IMG/VR virus record: IMGVR_UViG_3300042327_000544
Coordinates: 22,980-86,979 of that record
Source: a virus
Length of the DNA stretch: 64,000 nt
Strand: one strand, 5' to 3'
Within the stretch, counting starts at the first letter, position 1, and each line of letters begins with the position of its first letter. The notes beneath the pieces are model-generated. The model saw only the letters and a program-made list of their open reading frames with translations, was not told the origin of the DNA and ran no database searches. This document shows, in pieces, positions 29,475-39,057 of this stretch. A program made the position numbers and the translations under genes.

Positions 29475-32400
29475 CTAAGCCTGAGCTTCAGTCCAGGAAA
29501 TTCTAGCAAGAATGTTTGCAGCCCCTGAACCAAGATTTGTTGCTGTAATTGTTAAGATATCTGGTCCATTAGGGAATGATGGGTTTGTCTGAGACCCATT
29601 TCCGTTTAGAATTGAGTTTGAAAGGTCTCTAACTTTCTTAGCATCAAATGTAGTAACGGAGAAGTTAGTACCACCTGCGTTTTCTGTGTAGAAAGCAAAG
29701 ATACGATCTCCACCAGTAACGGTATTTGTAGGAGATGTAACTGGTGCTCCAGTACCTCTAACTCCTGTACCGTCGTGGTAAATTACCTGTGCGAGAGAAC
29801 CAGAACCAACTCTTACTGCTTCCCATTCTGTAGGGATTGCAATACCGTTCATAGTTGCTGGATTTAGAATTCCTTCAATCAAGAATTGTCCCTGTGAAAG
29901 AACTCCAACTGAGTCAAGCTTCATCTGCATACGGTTTGCTAGTTCACGCAATCCAAAGTTTCTGCCTAGACCATTGTCTGCAGAAGGAGCCACTCTAATT
30001 GAAACGAGTGGACGAGGGGTTGGTGTGCTTCCGAATGTCTGTACTGCGGTACCGTTAGGGTTAATTGCAGAAATTGCTTCATCTGCACCCGCTAAAGCAA
30101 AACTAAATGATGTTGGGGCAACCGAAGTAATTGCGAATGTACCGTTGTATCGGCTTGATCCTGTAACTCTTGCTGAGCTAGGAACTGACTGGAATCCTAT
30201 ATTTGCATTAACTTTGCTAAATGAGAAAGTTGTAGGGCTTGGAACAAGTGAAATTGTATATGTTCCGTTAAATACGGAATCCATACCAGTAATTGTTACC
30301 TGCTGACCTACTGAATAAAGATGCGCTGTACCAGTTGTTAGGGTTGCTATGTTGTTGGTAAGCTGTCTAAATGTAGGAGTATAGATATCATTTACTCCAG
30401 ATATAGTTACGTTTGTACCAGATGCAAGTGTGTGAGTACCTGATGTTGTCATTGTTGCAACACCTGATAGCGCCTGACGATTTGTTAGCGTAGCTGAAAT
30501 TGTTCCAGATCCACCAACCTGCAAGTATTTCTGCATACCAGCGGTAAAGATAAATGACTTATCATCATTAAATCCACCATCCATAATTACGGATGATCCC
30601 CAGTGTGACATAACTGGTGCACAGTTTTGAGAAATTGTTTGTACTGAAACTTGTGCTGTACCAGATCCGCCAGGAATTGTTGAGTCTGGAACAAAGTTTG
30701 ATTGGATAGATGTTCCAAATAGATTCATTGGAACTCCTCCGTAAACTAGAGGTTGTGCGACTCTTCTTACAATATTAACTGCATGTGCTTGAATTGTTGG
30801 ATTATATGCACCAATTGATGTATATTCGCAAATCTCAAAATTAGCTCCATCTGCAATTCTTAGGAATCCTGTTGATGGCCAGAAACTTACGTCATTGACG
30901 TAAATTACTGTGTCTTGAGGAAATAGTGTAGATCCGCTTAGCCCTGATCCCCCTGCAATTAATTTTGCAGAGTTTAGAGGCTCATTAATTGTTTCATATC
31001 TTGCAGGAAGGTTTCCTGATCTCATATATGAAGCGGTATTAATATTATTCATTACCATCTTGTGACACCAAATAACGTTACCGTCTGTGCCTCTTAGTCC
31101 AAATCTAATTGAGCCTGCTCCATACCAAGAGTAATCGATGAATGTCATCTGCATCTTTGCTATATCGAGGTTATATCCTGTTGGACCATTGCCGTCTACG
31201 GTGTCAATGTTCCATTGTGATTGTGGAATCTTTTGAATCTGTGTCTTAAGATAAGGAGAACCATTAACACTTGGTCCTCTGTATGCTGGGGCAATGTTTA
31301 AAGAAGTATCATTGTTAATCTGAATAACTCTATAAGACTGTCCTCTAACTACAATTAGGTCTCCAACAAGTAGTTGCTTTCTAAATCTAGTGTCTACTCC
31401 TGTTACTACATTTGAAAATTGTGTTACTGAGATCTTTCCAAATAGTTCTTTGTTTGAAAATCTTCTTACTGCATACAATGTCCGTCCATCATATTCAAAA
31501 TAGAATCCATTTTGATCATCATATAGTCCAGCTCTTGTTGCTGAGCCTTTCCACTGATATGCTGTTACGAATGAATTAACTCCACCTGGCAATTGATCAA
31601 TTGCGCTAATTGCAGAAGTAAATGTCTTTTGTACAATAATTGTGTTTGAATCTGTTACTGAGCTAATGGTGAATAGGCCATTGAATGGGTTATATGCTCC
31701 CACTGTTTCAATTCCCTCAATCTTAATTGTTGCGCCAGCCTGTAGGTTGTGATCTTGCAAAACACGAATTGTGATTGCATTTGATCCAATTGCTGTGCTT
31801 GATGCTGCAATGTAAGAAATGTCAAATGAAGGGGTAAACTTTGTTCCTGTTGAAAACGTAATTGACTTACCTGACTGATATCTAAAATATCTACGTGTTT
31901 GTCTAAGTGTCTGTGTTCCACATACGTTATTTCCAGTTGTGAGAATAACTCCACCATCGAATGGTCTGTGCTCTACGTAGCCCTCTGGCTTGCAGAATAG
32001 GCCAATTCCTACGGTGTTTATTGCACCTACGGGAATTAGTGACTGTGTCATAAATGAGAATGAATTTGGAGTTGTAACTCTGTCAATCAAGAAGCTTCCA
32101 TTGATTGAGCTTCCTGATGGAGCTGAAATCAAAATTGGCGTTCCTGGATAAAGTCCGTGTGGATTTGTAGTAACAACATCGATTCTTGAAAGAGCTGCAC
32201 CGTCTGATGTTGCTGCCCAAGAATTCAGGGCTCCAGTGTTTCCGCCTGGAATATGTGCATTGTCAAAGATTCCTCCACCGTAAAGTGTTGTTAAGGTTCC
32301 ATCTAGAACGCTGGTCAAGTTTGGAACATTGCCCTTGGCAATAAATGAAAATGATGTTGAGTCAATAATGGTAATAAGAAAAGTACCGTCTGTAAGTGGG

Positions 32401-32972
32401 CTGAGTGACTCATTAACGCTTACCACGTCTCCGTTATTTAATCCGTGTGGAGTTGTTGTTGTTACAACGATTCTAGATCTTGGTGTTCCGCCTGATGAGA
32501 TAAGAGAAACCACATCTAGGGAGTTTCCTCCTGTATTTCTTGAAAAGAATGTTGGGTAGTTGTTTTGAAGAGAAAGAGATTCCCATTTAGAACCCTGCAC
32601 ACCGTACTCAAAGTCAGTATCAATCAAAGACTCTGGATCAGATATTTTTAGCTTTCCTACTGCATCTAAGAGGTCTGATGAAGGCATGAATGTCTCAACT
32701 GGCTCGTCAACCATAATTTGAAGCTTATCTGTTGACTGCATTGAGGCTGTGTTGTACTCAAGAACTAAAATTGTGTGAACATCATTTAGACTGTCGGTTA
32801 GTGTATGGCTTACTAGACCGATTGATGGGTCTGAAAAATTGTAGATGATTTTATTTTGGGTGACGTTTGTGATCAAAAGAAGATTTTGTCTTAGTACAAA
32901 TCTTGGAATTGTAATCGTGGATGTTGCGGGGGAAAATATAATCCCTTGATCGTTAATTGCTCTTCTTGCCAT
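29475..32972 (-). CDS. Large virion structural protein with repeated small beta-barrel units
   Basis: Five T.TT..HGL..G..V.I-type repeats; RRYFRYQSGK and DYSWYGAG lectin-like core. Confidence 0.75.
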   Translation of the reverse strand: MARRAINDQGIIFSPATSTITIPRFVLRQNLLLITNVTQNKIIYNFSDPSIGLVSHTLTDSLNDVHTILVLEYNTASMQSTDKLQIMVDEPVETFMPSSDLLDAVGKLKISDPESLIDTDFEYGVQGSKWESLSLQNNYPTFFSRNTGGNSLDVVSLISSGGTPRSRIVVTTTTPHGLNNGDVVSVNESLSPLTDGTFLITIIDSTSFSFIAKGNVPNLTSVLDGTLTTLYGGGIFDNAHIPGGNTGALNSWAATSDGAALSRIDVVTTNPHGLYPGTPILISAPSGSSINGSFLIDRVTTPNSFSFMTQSLIPVGAINTVGIGLFCKPEGYVEHRPFDGGVILTTGNNVCGTQTLRQTRRYFRYQSGKSITFSTGTKFTPSFDISYIAASSTAIGSNAITIRVLQDHNLQAGATIKIEGIETVGAYNPFNGLFTISSVTDSNTIIVQKTFTSAISAIDQLPGGVNSFVTAYQWKGSATRAGLYDDQNGFYFEYDGRTLYAVRRFSNKELFGKISVTQFSNVVTGVDTRFRKQLLVGDLIVVRGQSYRVIQINNDTSLNIAPAYRGPSVNGSPYLKTQIQKIPQSQWNIDTVDGNGPTGYNLDIAKMQMTFIDYSWYGAGSIRFGLRGTDGNVIWCHKMVMNNINTASYMRSGNLPARYETINEPLNSAKLIAGGSGLSGSTLFPQDTVIYVNDVSFWPSTGFLRIADGANFEICEYTSIGAYNPTIQAHAVNIVRRVAQPLVYGGVPMNLFGTSIQSNFVPDSTIPGGSGTAQVSVQTISQNCAPVMSHWGSSVIMDGGFNDDKSFIFTAGMQKYLQVGGSGTISATLTNRQALSGVATMTTSGTHTLASGTNVTISGVNDIYTPTFRQLTNNIATLTTGTAHLYSVGQQVTITGMDSVFNGTYTISLVPSPTTFSFSKVNANIGFQSVPSSARVTGSSRYNGTFAITSVAPTSFSFALAGADEAISAINPNGTAVQTFGSTPTPRPLVSIRVAPSADNGLGRNFGLRELANRMQMKLDSVGVLSQGQFLIEGILNPATMNGIAIPTEWEAVRVGSGSLAQVIYHDGTGVRGTGAPVTSPTNTVTGGDRIFAFYTENAGGTNFSVTTFDAKKVRDLSNSILNGNGSQTNPSFPNGPDILTITATNLGSGAANILARISWTEAQA

Positions 32973-32987
32973 ATTAGTTAGTCTCCC

Positions 32988-33605
32988 TTAGAAAATAAAA
33001 CTTGTTGCCATAATTGTACCATTTATCTGTGCCAAAGATGATGTTAGTGCATATTTTGGATAATAAATACCTAGATTAAGTAATGAATCTAATTCATAGG
33101 CTGAAACTCTTTTTTCAATATCTGCCACAACTACATCTCCAATTGGACCTGTCGGACCAACGGGTCCCTGGACTCCTGCTGGACCTTGAATACCTTGTGG
33201 GCCTCTTACGTTACCTTGTAAAACCCAAGTTGTTGTTGATGCGCTATAAACATAATACTCTCCAGTATTTAAATTTATAAAGTTATCGCCTTCAATTAAA
33301 TTTGTTAGCCCTGCATTTTGTGGAACTGATTGAGCTGTATATGTCTTTGTTCCTCTTGTACCTGGAACACCTGCTGGGCCCGTAACTGATGCGCCCCGTG
33401 GAATTGAAAAGTTGAAAACAGCATTTGTTGCTGTGCCTGAATTTGTAACTGTTGCATTTGTACCTGCGGCAGTAGATGTTACTGTTCCTACAGATACGGC
33501 TGCTGCAGTTCCTGCTGGGCCTTGAGGGCCAGTAGCTCCCGTTGGGCCAGGTCGTGATCCTGCAACGACTACCCACTCAGTTCCGTTATAGCGTTTTAAT
33601 GACAT
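32988..33605 (-). CDS. Collagen-like tail fibre protein
   Basis: Gly-X-Y runs (GPTGATGPQGPAG; GPQGIQGPAGVQGPVGPTGPIG). Confidence 0.8.
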   Translation of the reverse strand: MSLKRYNGTEWVVVAGSRPGPTGATGPQGPAGTAAAVSVGTVTSTAAGTNATVTNSGTATNAVFNFSIPRGASVTGPAGVPGTRGTKTYTAQSVPQNAGLTNLIEGDNFINLNTGEYYVYSASTTTWVLQGNVRGPQGIQGPAGVQGPVGPTGPIGDVVVADIEKRVSAYELDSLLNLGIYYPKYALTSSLAQINGTIMATSFIF

Positions 33606-33644
33606 ATTTGATTACCTCTCCACTATTATACAACATATCTTTTA

Positions 33645-35525
33645 TTAAACCCCAGCCCAAATCAGCGTTTCCGCATCAAAGGTTGGGAATATTTTTATCC
33701 ATTGTCCTGCTGCTGCTACATATAAAGAAGCCTCTGAAGATATGTATGCTATCATTCCGCCGTGCAAAGATGCTGCTGGAAGGCTAGCAAAATTTGTTAT
33801 TTGTGCAGCATTATTTTTAAACAAATCAGAGTAAGTTATTTCTCCTTCTTCTGTTGTTAAGTCTAGCCAAAATTCTGTTTGTGCTGGATTAGGTGGAGTT
33901 GTTGAAGACAAAATTGATTGACCGCTTGTATCGTCAAGATCTACCCAAAAATCCCCTTCAATTGCAGTATACGTAGGTGGCTCTTCATCTGAATAAATTA
34001 AAGGAAGTTCTGGCTCATCTGTATCGATCCACAGGGTGTCCATTCCATAAGTTCCTTCGGCTGGAGGATTTGGTCCAGCAAATACAAATTCGGTAGAGCC
34101 TGCATCATCGTCAACATCTATCCAAAGATCTCCTGTTGATGTTGCACCTGCTGGTGGTGATATTAAACCAACAAAGAATGTGCTTGGGGGCAAAGATGTA
34201 TCTGTTGGAATTAACTCTAGCCCGCCTCCGCCTCCGCCCGAGCCTTGAATATCTTGCCAAAGTAGTCCGTCCCAGACCTTTAGTTTGTCTAGTGGCTTAT
34301 TGTAATAGATTTGTCCGTGTACTGGAGTTAGTGGAGCGGCATCAAGTCCAATAATAATTCCGTTATTAAAAGTATTTTTAGATGTCCATGTGTTTGTTGT
34401 AGATAAAGATAAATTTGTTGTTACATTTTCCCAAGCAGCATTTAAAGCATTCCATACCTTTAGGGCACCTATTGTTCCGCTTCTTGCTTCATCTGTATCA
34501 AACCAGAACTGACCATCTATTGGAGAAGCGGGTGCATTAGAAGACATCTTTGCAGTAGAAGGAGGAATATAGGCCTCTAGAATCATTTTATTAGATTCGT
34601 CATCATAGGTTACAGAAATATTAGGATTTGTTCCATGAGTAAACAATGGTCCGATTGCATCTTGAACCTGTTCTTGGGTTAATTGAGCTACTGCTACAAA
34701 GTTAATCTTTCCTGTAACATCATCATATGTTGCCGTTAAATTTGTATGGTTTCCTGATGTTATAAGGCCTGCTGCTACATCTTGGATCTTTTCGTCTATA
34801 TCTAACTGAGATAGGGGAACTTTTCCGCTTCCGTCAAGTTGTGCAATTCCATCTGCTTGACCTACTTCAGATACAGGAACATATTTAGTGTCGCTTGTAT
34901 TCCCTAGAGCAGATATCGCTGCATCTGTATAAGACTTAGATGATGCTAGAGCTGTTGCAATAGCAGTTGTTATGGTTGTTGAAAAATTAGGGTCGTCATT
35001 TATTGCTGCCGCTATTTCATTTAGGGTATCTAATAGTGCTGGAGAGGTATCAACTAAATTTGAAATTGCTTGATTTACGTATGCTTGGCTTGCTATTGTA
35101 TTTGTATTTACAGATAAGGTTATTGTTTTTGCTACGCTATCGTAGACCTTGTCTATTCCGCTTGTAGCAACAATTGCCGTTGCAATTGCAGATATTGCCT
35201 CTTCGTTATCGTATGTAGCTGTTAAGTTTATTTTTCTGGCTACGTCGTCATAAGCAACGGTTATATTTGTATGTGTTCCAGTAGTTAGTAGGTCTCCAAC
35301 TAGGTCCTCTACTTCTTCAGTATCAAGAATGTTGGTTTCTAGGGTTCGAACTTTAAAGTCTAAGGAGTTGGGGTTTGTATCGTTGGTTTTTCCAACTTTT
35401 GTCTCGAGGGCCTCAATAGCATCATTTGCGTCTGCATGCTGTTTAGCATGTGGGACAGCTAAAACCGAGTCAGTCGGCTGTGGGTTAACTAGAACGTCTA
35501 GGTCTGCTGGAAAATTTGTTGCCAT
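33645..35525 (-). CDS. Tail fibre protein
   Basis: LDTLNEIAAAINDD motif, TNI.VTYDD repeats, acidic G(D/Q)(L/F)W(I/V/F)D repeats. Confidence 0.75.
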   Translation of the reverse strand: MATNFPADLDVLVNPQPTDSVLAVPHAKQHADANDAIEALETKVGKTNDTNPNSLDFKVRTLETNILDTEEVEDLVGDLLTTGTHTNITVAYDDVARKINLTATYDNEEAISAIATAIVATSGIDKVYDSVAKTITLSVNTNTIASQAYVNQAISNLVDTSPALLDTLNEIAAAINDDPNFSTTITTAIATALASSKSYTDAAISALGNTSDTKYVPVSEVGQADGIAQLDGSGKVPLSQLDIDEKIQDVAAGLITSGNHTNLTATYDDVTGKINFVAVAQLTQEQVQDAIGPLFTHGTNPNISVTYDDESNKMILEAYIPPSTAKMSSNAPASPIDGQFWFDTDEARSGTIGALKVWNALNAAWENVTTNLSLSTTNTWTSKNTFNNGIIIGLDAAPLTPVHGQIYYNKPLDKLKVWDGLLWQDIQGSGGGGGGLELIPTDTSLPPSTFFVGLISPPAGATSTGDLWIDVDDDAGSTEFVFAGPNPPAEGTYGMDTLWIDTDEPELPLIYSDEEPPTYTAIEGDFWVDLDDTSGQSILSSTTPPNPAQTEFWLDLTTEEGEITYSDLFKNNAAQITNFASLPAASLHGGMIAYISSEASLYVAAAGQWIKIFPTFDAETLIWAGV

Positions 35526-35573
35526 ATGGTTGCACCTCTTTCCTTATTATACCCTAAATGCTTTTTTACCTAT

Positions 35574-36224
35574 CTATAGAACTTTAGAGACTTGCCCCTG
35601 GTATCTGCCATGCTCTTTATGGTTTCTGTCGTTATATGAAAACATTGTTACCGCAGCATACTTTATACCAGACTTTACTGGAAGAGCGGCGTGTGCAAAA
35701 AGATAGCTAGACGGAAACAGCACAATGTCTCCGTATTGAGGAACATAGGTATAATCAAGGTGAGGGAAGTATAATTCTCCGCCCTCATAGTCGCTATTTA
35801 AATACATAACAGTAGATACGTCGCATGAATAGCTTGGACCGCTGTCTGGGTGTGTTTTAAAATGCTGACCTTCTCCATAACGAACAAAGTTTATTGCTTC
35901 CATATAGTGTAATGCATTTGTATTGTAGGCCTGCATATAATCCCTTAAACACTCTTGAAGATTTTCTGTTATTTGATCATGAACCGATATTATTTCGTCA
36001 GACAGTTCATTTCCTGGCCTTAAAGATTCCCTTTTAATTTTAAAATCGACACAATCTCTGTAATCTAATTTTTGTACGTGGTCTCCAACTGTAGCAACCG
36101 ACCATTTAAACATTGAGCTTTTACCTGAACTCAAGACCTTTTCTAGCCTTGCTGGAATGTTCATTGCTTCTGGCAAAGCGTTTCTGTATATCTTTATTCC
36201 AATTGCGGGTGTGTCGATTATCAT
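35574..36224 (-). CDS. 2OG-Fe(II) oxygenase, prolyl-4-hydroxylase-like
   Basis: HPD...YLNSDYEGGELYF...HAALPVKSGIKY: complete HxD...H triad and 2OG-binding Lys. Confidence 0.9.
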   Translation of the reverse strand: MIIDTPAIGIKIYRNALPEAMNIPARLEKVLSSGKSSMFKWSVATVGDHVQKLDYRDCVDFKIKRESLRPGNELSDEIISVHDQITENLQECLRDYMQAYNTNALHYMEAINFVRYGEGQHFKTHPDSGPSYSCDVSTVMYLNSDYEGGELYFPHLDYTYVPQYGDIVLFPSSYLFAHAALPVKSGIKYAAVTMFSYNDRNHKEHGRYQGQVSKVL

Positions 36225-36240
36225 AATTTCTCCTTTTATT

Positions 36241-36831
36241 TTAGACTAAGGGTATCCACTTTTGTGAATACTGATTTTTTATTTCTGATAGCGGGCTTAC
36301 GTAAAACACTATAGATTTAAATTTATTAGAATAAACAATTTTATTGCCCGCCTCTGAAATAATAATTTCTCCAGGCTCTATCTCAAATTCTTCTTCATTA
36401 ATTAATAATTTTGTTTTTTCTGAGTCTAGGGAAATTATTCCAAACATTGAAGGTCTTGATGTCCCACCAGCATCATACCATAAAGAAGGATCCTGGTCTT
36501 CAATTAATGAAGAGTAAATAAAATATTTATTTTTTAAGTAGCTAAGCTGATACTTTTCACATGCATTTTTTACTAATAGATATACTTTTTGAAAAAGAAA
36601 ATACATTTGTTCGTCATGCATAAAAAATGGATTGTAATTATTTTTATCGTATACTTTAACATCTTTTCCATTAGAATGTGGAAAATCATAGATTTTTTCA
36701 GACTTATCTAATTCATTTATTATTTTTTCATATAGGCCTAGTGTGTCAAACTTATCTTTAACTGAAATTGTTTTTCTTTTTTCTCTGTATATAACGTTTT
36801 CGTTTTTATTTTGACTTTCTATATTAATCAT
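36241..36831 (-). CDS. Degenerate 2OG-oxygenase-fold protein
   Basis: LWYDAGG, FEIEPGEIII resemble the DSBH core, but the metal-binding His residues are absent. Confidence 0.45.
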   Translation of the reverse strand: MINIESQNKNENVIYREKRKTISVKDKFDTLGLYEKIINELDKSEKIYDFPHSNGKDVKVYDKNNYNPFFMHDEQMYFLFQKVYLLVKNACEKYQLSYLKNKYFIYSSLIEDQDPSLWYDAGGTSRPSMFGIISLDSEKTKLLINEEEFEIEPGEIIISEAGNKIVYSNKFKSIVFYVSPLSEIKNQYSQKWIPLV

Positions 36832-37354
36832 TTTTAACCTCTACGTAAGAAACTCCAACAATCATTTCTCCAGAGGAAACTTCAGAAATCTTATATTTGT
36901 ATTCTTCTGAAGATGGAAAAATTATTAAATTACCTTTTGATAGGGGTATAGAAATATCTTTGTTTAAGAATGTAAGACTAGATCCAGTGTGGTTGCTATT
37001 TACCACATAAATAATTGATATAGTATCTATTAGTCCTGGGTTTAAAAACTCTTGTAGGTATGATGTTTCTGGAATTATTTTTAAAAAAACATTCTCTATT
37101 GGATAAACAAATTCAAGGGACCTATCATGAAGATAAGAATTTATTTCAGAAATATAGCTAATATATAACCTTCTATTTTCTAAATTTAAATTTTTAAAGT
37201 TTGTTGTCTTAATGACACCCTCTTTAAAACCATTGACTCTTTCTATCCATGCAATCTCTTCAAAGTTTGAAAGCATAACTTGAAGATCTGTGTCTCTTAT
37301 GTATGAAAAACTGTATACACTTATATCCTGCTCTGAAAATATTTTATTAACCAT
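36824..37354 (-). CDS. Degenerate 2OG-oxygenase-fold protein
   Basis: SIIYVVNSNHTGSSLTF...KGNLIIFPSSEEYKYKISEVSSG aligns with 35574..36224 but lacks the triad; start moved to the ATG after GGAGG. Confidence 0.6.
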   Translation of the reverse strand: MVNKIFSEQDISVYSFSYIRDTDLQVMLSNFEEIAWIERVNGFKEGVIKTTNFKNLNLENRRLYISYISEINSYLHDRSLEFVYPIENVFLKIIPETSYLQEFLNPGLIDTISIIYVVNSNHTGSSLTFLNKDISIPLSKGNLIIFPSSEEYKYKISEVSSGEMIVGVSYVEVKND

Positions 37355-37892
37355 TGCTTCCTCCTGGTCTGTGACCATGCCAGACATCTGGATAAGCTGG
37401 ATCTCTGGGTGGATCAATATCAAACACTGATATTGATGATCTTTGTTCTAATGGAACATCTTTTATTGCTTCTTGCCACATATCTTTAACTAATTTAGTA
37501 GCCTTTTCAGTTTTTTCGCTTCTATCTAGAGGGACATCTAGAATTACATTTAAGTAGTCACTAAATATTGCTCTAGCAACTAATCCAGAAATTCCCAGTA
37601 GGCCCATTTTCCTATACTTTGGATTCACATAAACTCTTTCGTTTCTTCCATTCTTATTTACAGTGCAATATAGATCGGGATAAATTGTAGGTAAATAGTC
37701 TGAAACAATAACAGTATTTTCTGGGTGTATGTCATTAAAATAAATTGCGCTTACGTATTTTATAGATGAATGATTTAATTTTGTAACATGTATCCAAGAG
37801 CCTTTTAATTCATTAGGCATTGCAGAAAATACGGGCACAAGGCTTTCTCCGACCCTTTTCATATCTATAATGTTATATTGCGCTTGAGTCAT
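37347..37892 (-). CDS. GNAT-like protein
   Basis: ERVYVNPKYRKMGLLG resembles acetyl-CoA-binding motif A. Confidence 0.45.
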   Translation of the reverse strand: MTQAQYNIIDMKRVGESLVPVFSAMPNELKGSWIHVTKLNHSSIKYVSAIYFNDIHPENTVIVSDYLPTIYPDLYCTVNKNGRNERVYVNPKYRKMGLLGISGLVARAIFSDYLNVILDVPLDRSEKTEKATKLVKDMWQEAIKDVPLEQRSSISVFDIDPPRDPAYPDVWHGHRPGGSNG

Positions 37893-39057
37893 GAGTTAGC
37901 ATCCTTTCTGTAAAGAACATGTCGTATGGTTCACAGTTTATAGAAATAATATCGTGGGGGGCTTGAACTATTTCGTAAAGATAAATTGATTCCCAGCTGC
38001 TGGTGTCGTATGAATAAACTAGGTCAGTTTCTTTAACTATATTTACGGAAGTTTCAAATTTAGCAACCCCGTCTCTTTTAATTAAAACATAGTGGTACTG
38101 GGAAAATATGTCCTCGTTAATTACAACCGCATATGCAGATTGAGTTTTATATAAAGCTACAATATTTGTAATTTCTGGAATAATATTGGGGTCGTTATCT
38201 GACCAAGCAATGGCTTGAGCCGTTACACCTTCTTCACTTTCATAAGGGAACCCTTCAATATTTGCAGACAAGAGTGTATCTCCTACTTGCAAATCTCCTG
38301 CTTTAACAAGACCGTCAGTAGTTCTAACTAAGGTTGTAATGCCCACACTTTTGCCACCAAAACTAAATAGTGCGCTGAGGTCAAGGTTAGTAAGATCTCC
38401 AGAGCCTCCAAAAAGTGGTGTGTCAAATGCTGGTGGTTCGTTAAATGCTGGTGGTTCGTTAAAGCCTGGGTTAAAGCCTGGGTTGAATCCTGGGTTGCCG
38501 AATCCTGGGTTAGGATTATAGGAAACGGTAAATTCAGGCAACAATGGAACTCTTCCATTATAAACTTGAATATTTCTAGACCCTTCTCCACTTAATAAAA
38601 ATGAAACTGCAATACTGCTCCAAGACCAGCTTTGGTAAGGAATGTTTGTTCCATTTACTGCAATATTTGTGGGCTCAGTTGGAAAAGATCCGCTGATAAT
38701 AACTGTTGTTCCGTTCCAGGTATATGAGCTAATAGAAGATGTTTGTGGTGGATCTGGTGGGGGAGCAAACCCTGGATTAAATCCTGGATTAAAATTGGGT
38801 GGAGCTACATAACCATAATATGTAAACCCTATGGTATCTCCAATTTTTACTACCGAGCCAGAAGCAACTGATTGTTCTTTTATATTTAGATCAAGATTTA
38901 TATTTGCTGTAGACTCTGCTGTTTCTTGCCAAGTAAGCCCTCTTGATTCCAGTTCTTGTTTTGCCTGAGCTCTTGTTAGCCCACTAAGACTGGGCACATT
39001 AACCTTTCTTATTCCAATTTTACTTAGTAGACCAATTTTACGAAATCTTCTGGCCAT
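37873..39057 (-). CDS. PASTA + Pro/Phe-rich repeats + C-terminal Hint domain protein
   Basis: VPSLSGLTRAQAKQEL (PASTA); NPGF and NEPPAF repeats; SVGITTLVRTTDGLVKAGDLQVGD...INCEPYDMFFTERMLTHD (Hint). Confidence 0.75.
   Translation of the reverse strand: MARRFRKIGLLSKIGIRKVNVPSLSGLTRAQAKQELESRGLTWQETAESTANINLDLNIKEQSVASGSVVKIGDTIGFTYYGYVAPPNFNPGFNPGFAPPPDPPQTSSISSYTWNGTTVIISGSFPTEPTNIAVNGTNIPYQSWSWSSIAVSFLLSGEGSRNIQVYNGRVPLLPEFTVSYNPNPGFGNPGFNPGFNPGFNEPPAFNEPPAFDTPLFGGSGDLTNLDLSALFSFGGKSVGITTLVRTTDGLVKAGDLQVGDTLLSANIEGFPYESEEGVTAQAIAWSDNDPNIIPEITNIVALYKTQSAYAVVINEDIFSQYHYVLIKRDGVAKFETSVNIVKETDLVYSYDTSSWESIYLYEIVQAPHDIISINCEPYDMFFTERMLTHDSSAI

Noticed and set aside
37873-38349. Mobile splicing intein
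   Set aside because: C-terminal position, no endonuclease, ends THD-S rather than HN-(C/S/T); better read as an autoprocessing Hint domain.
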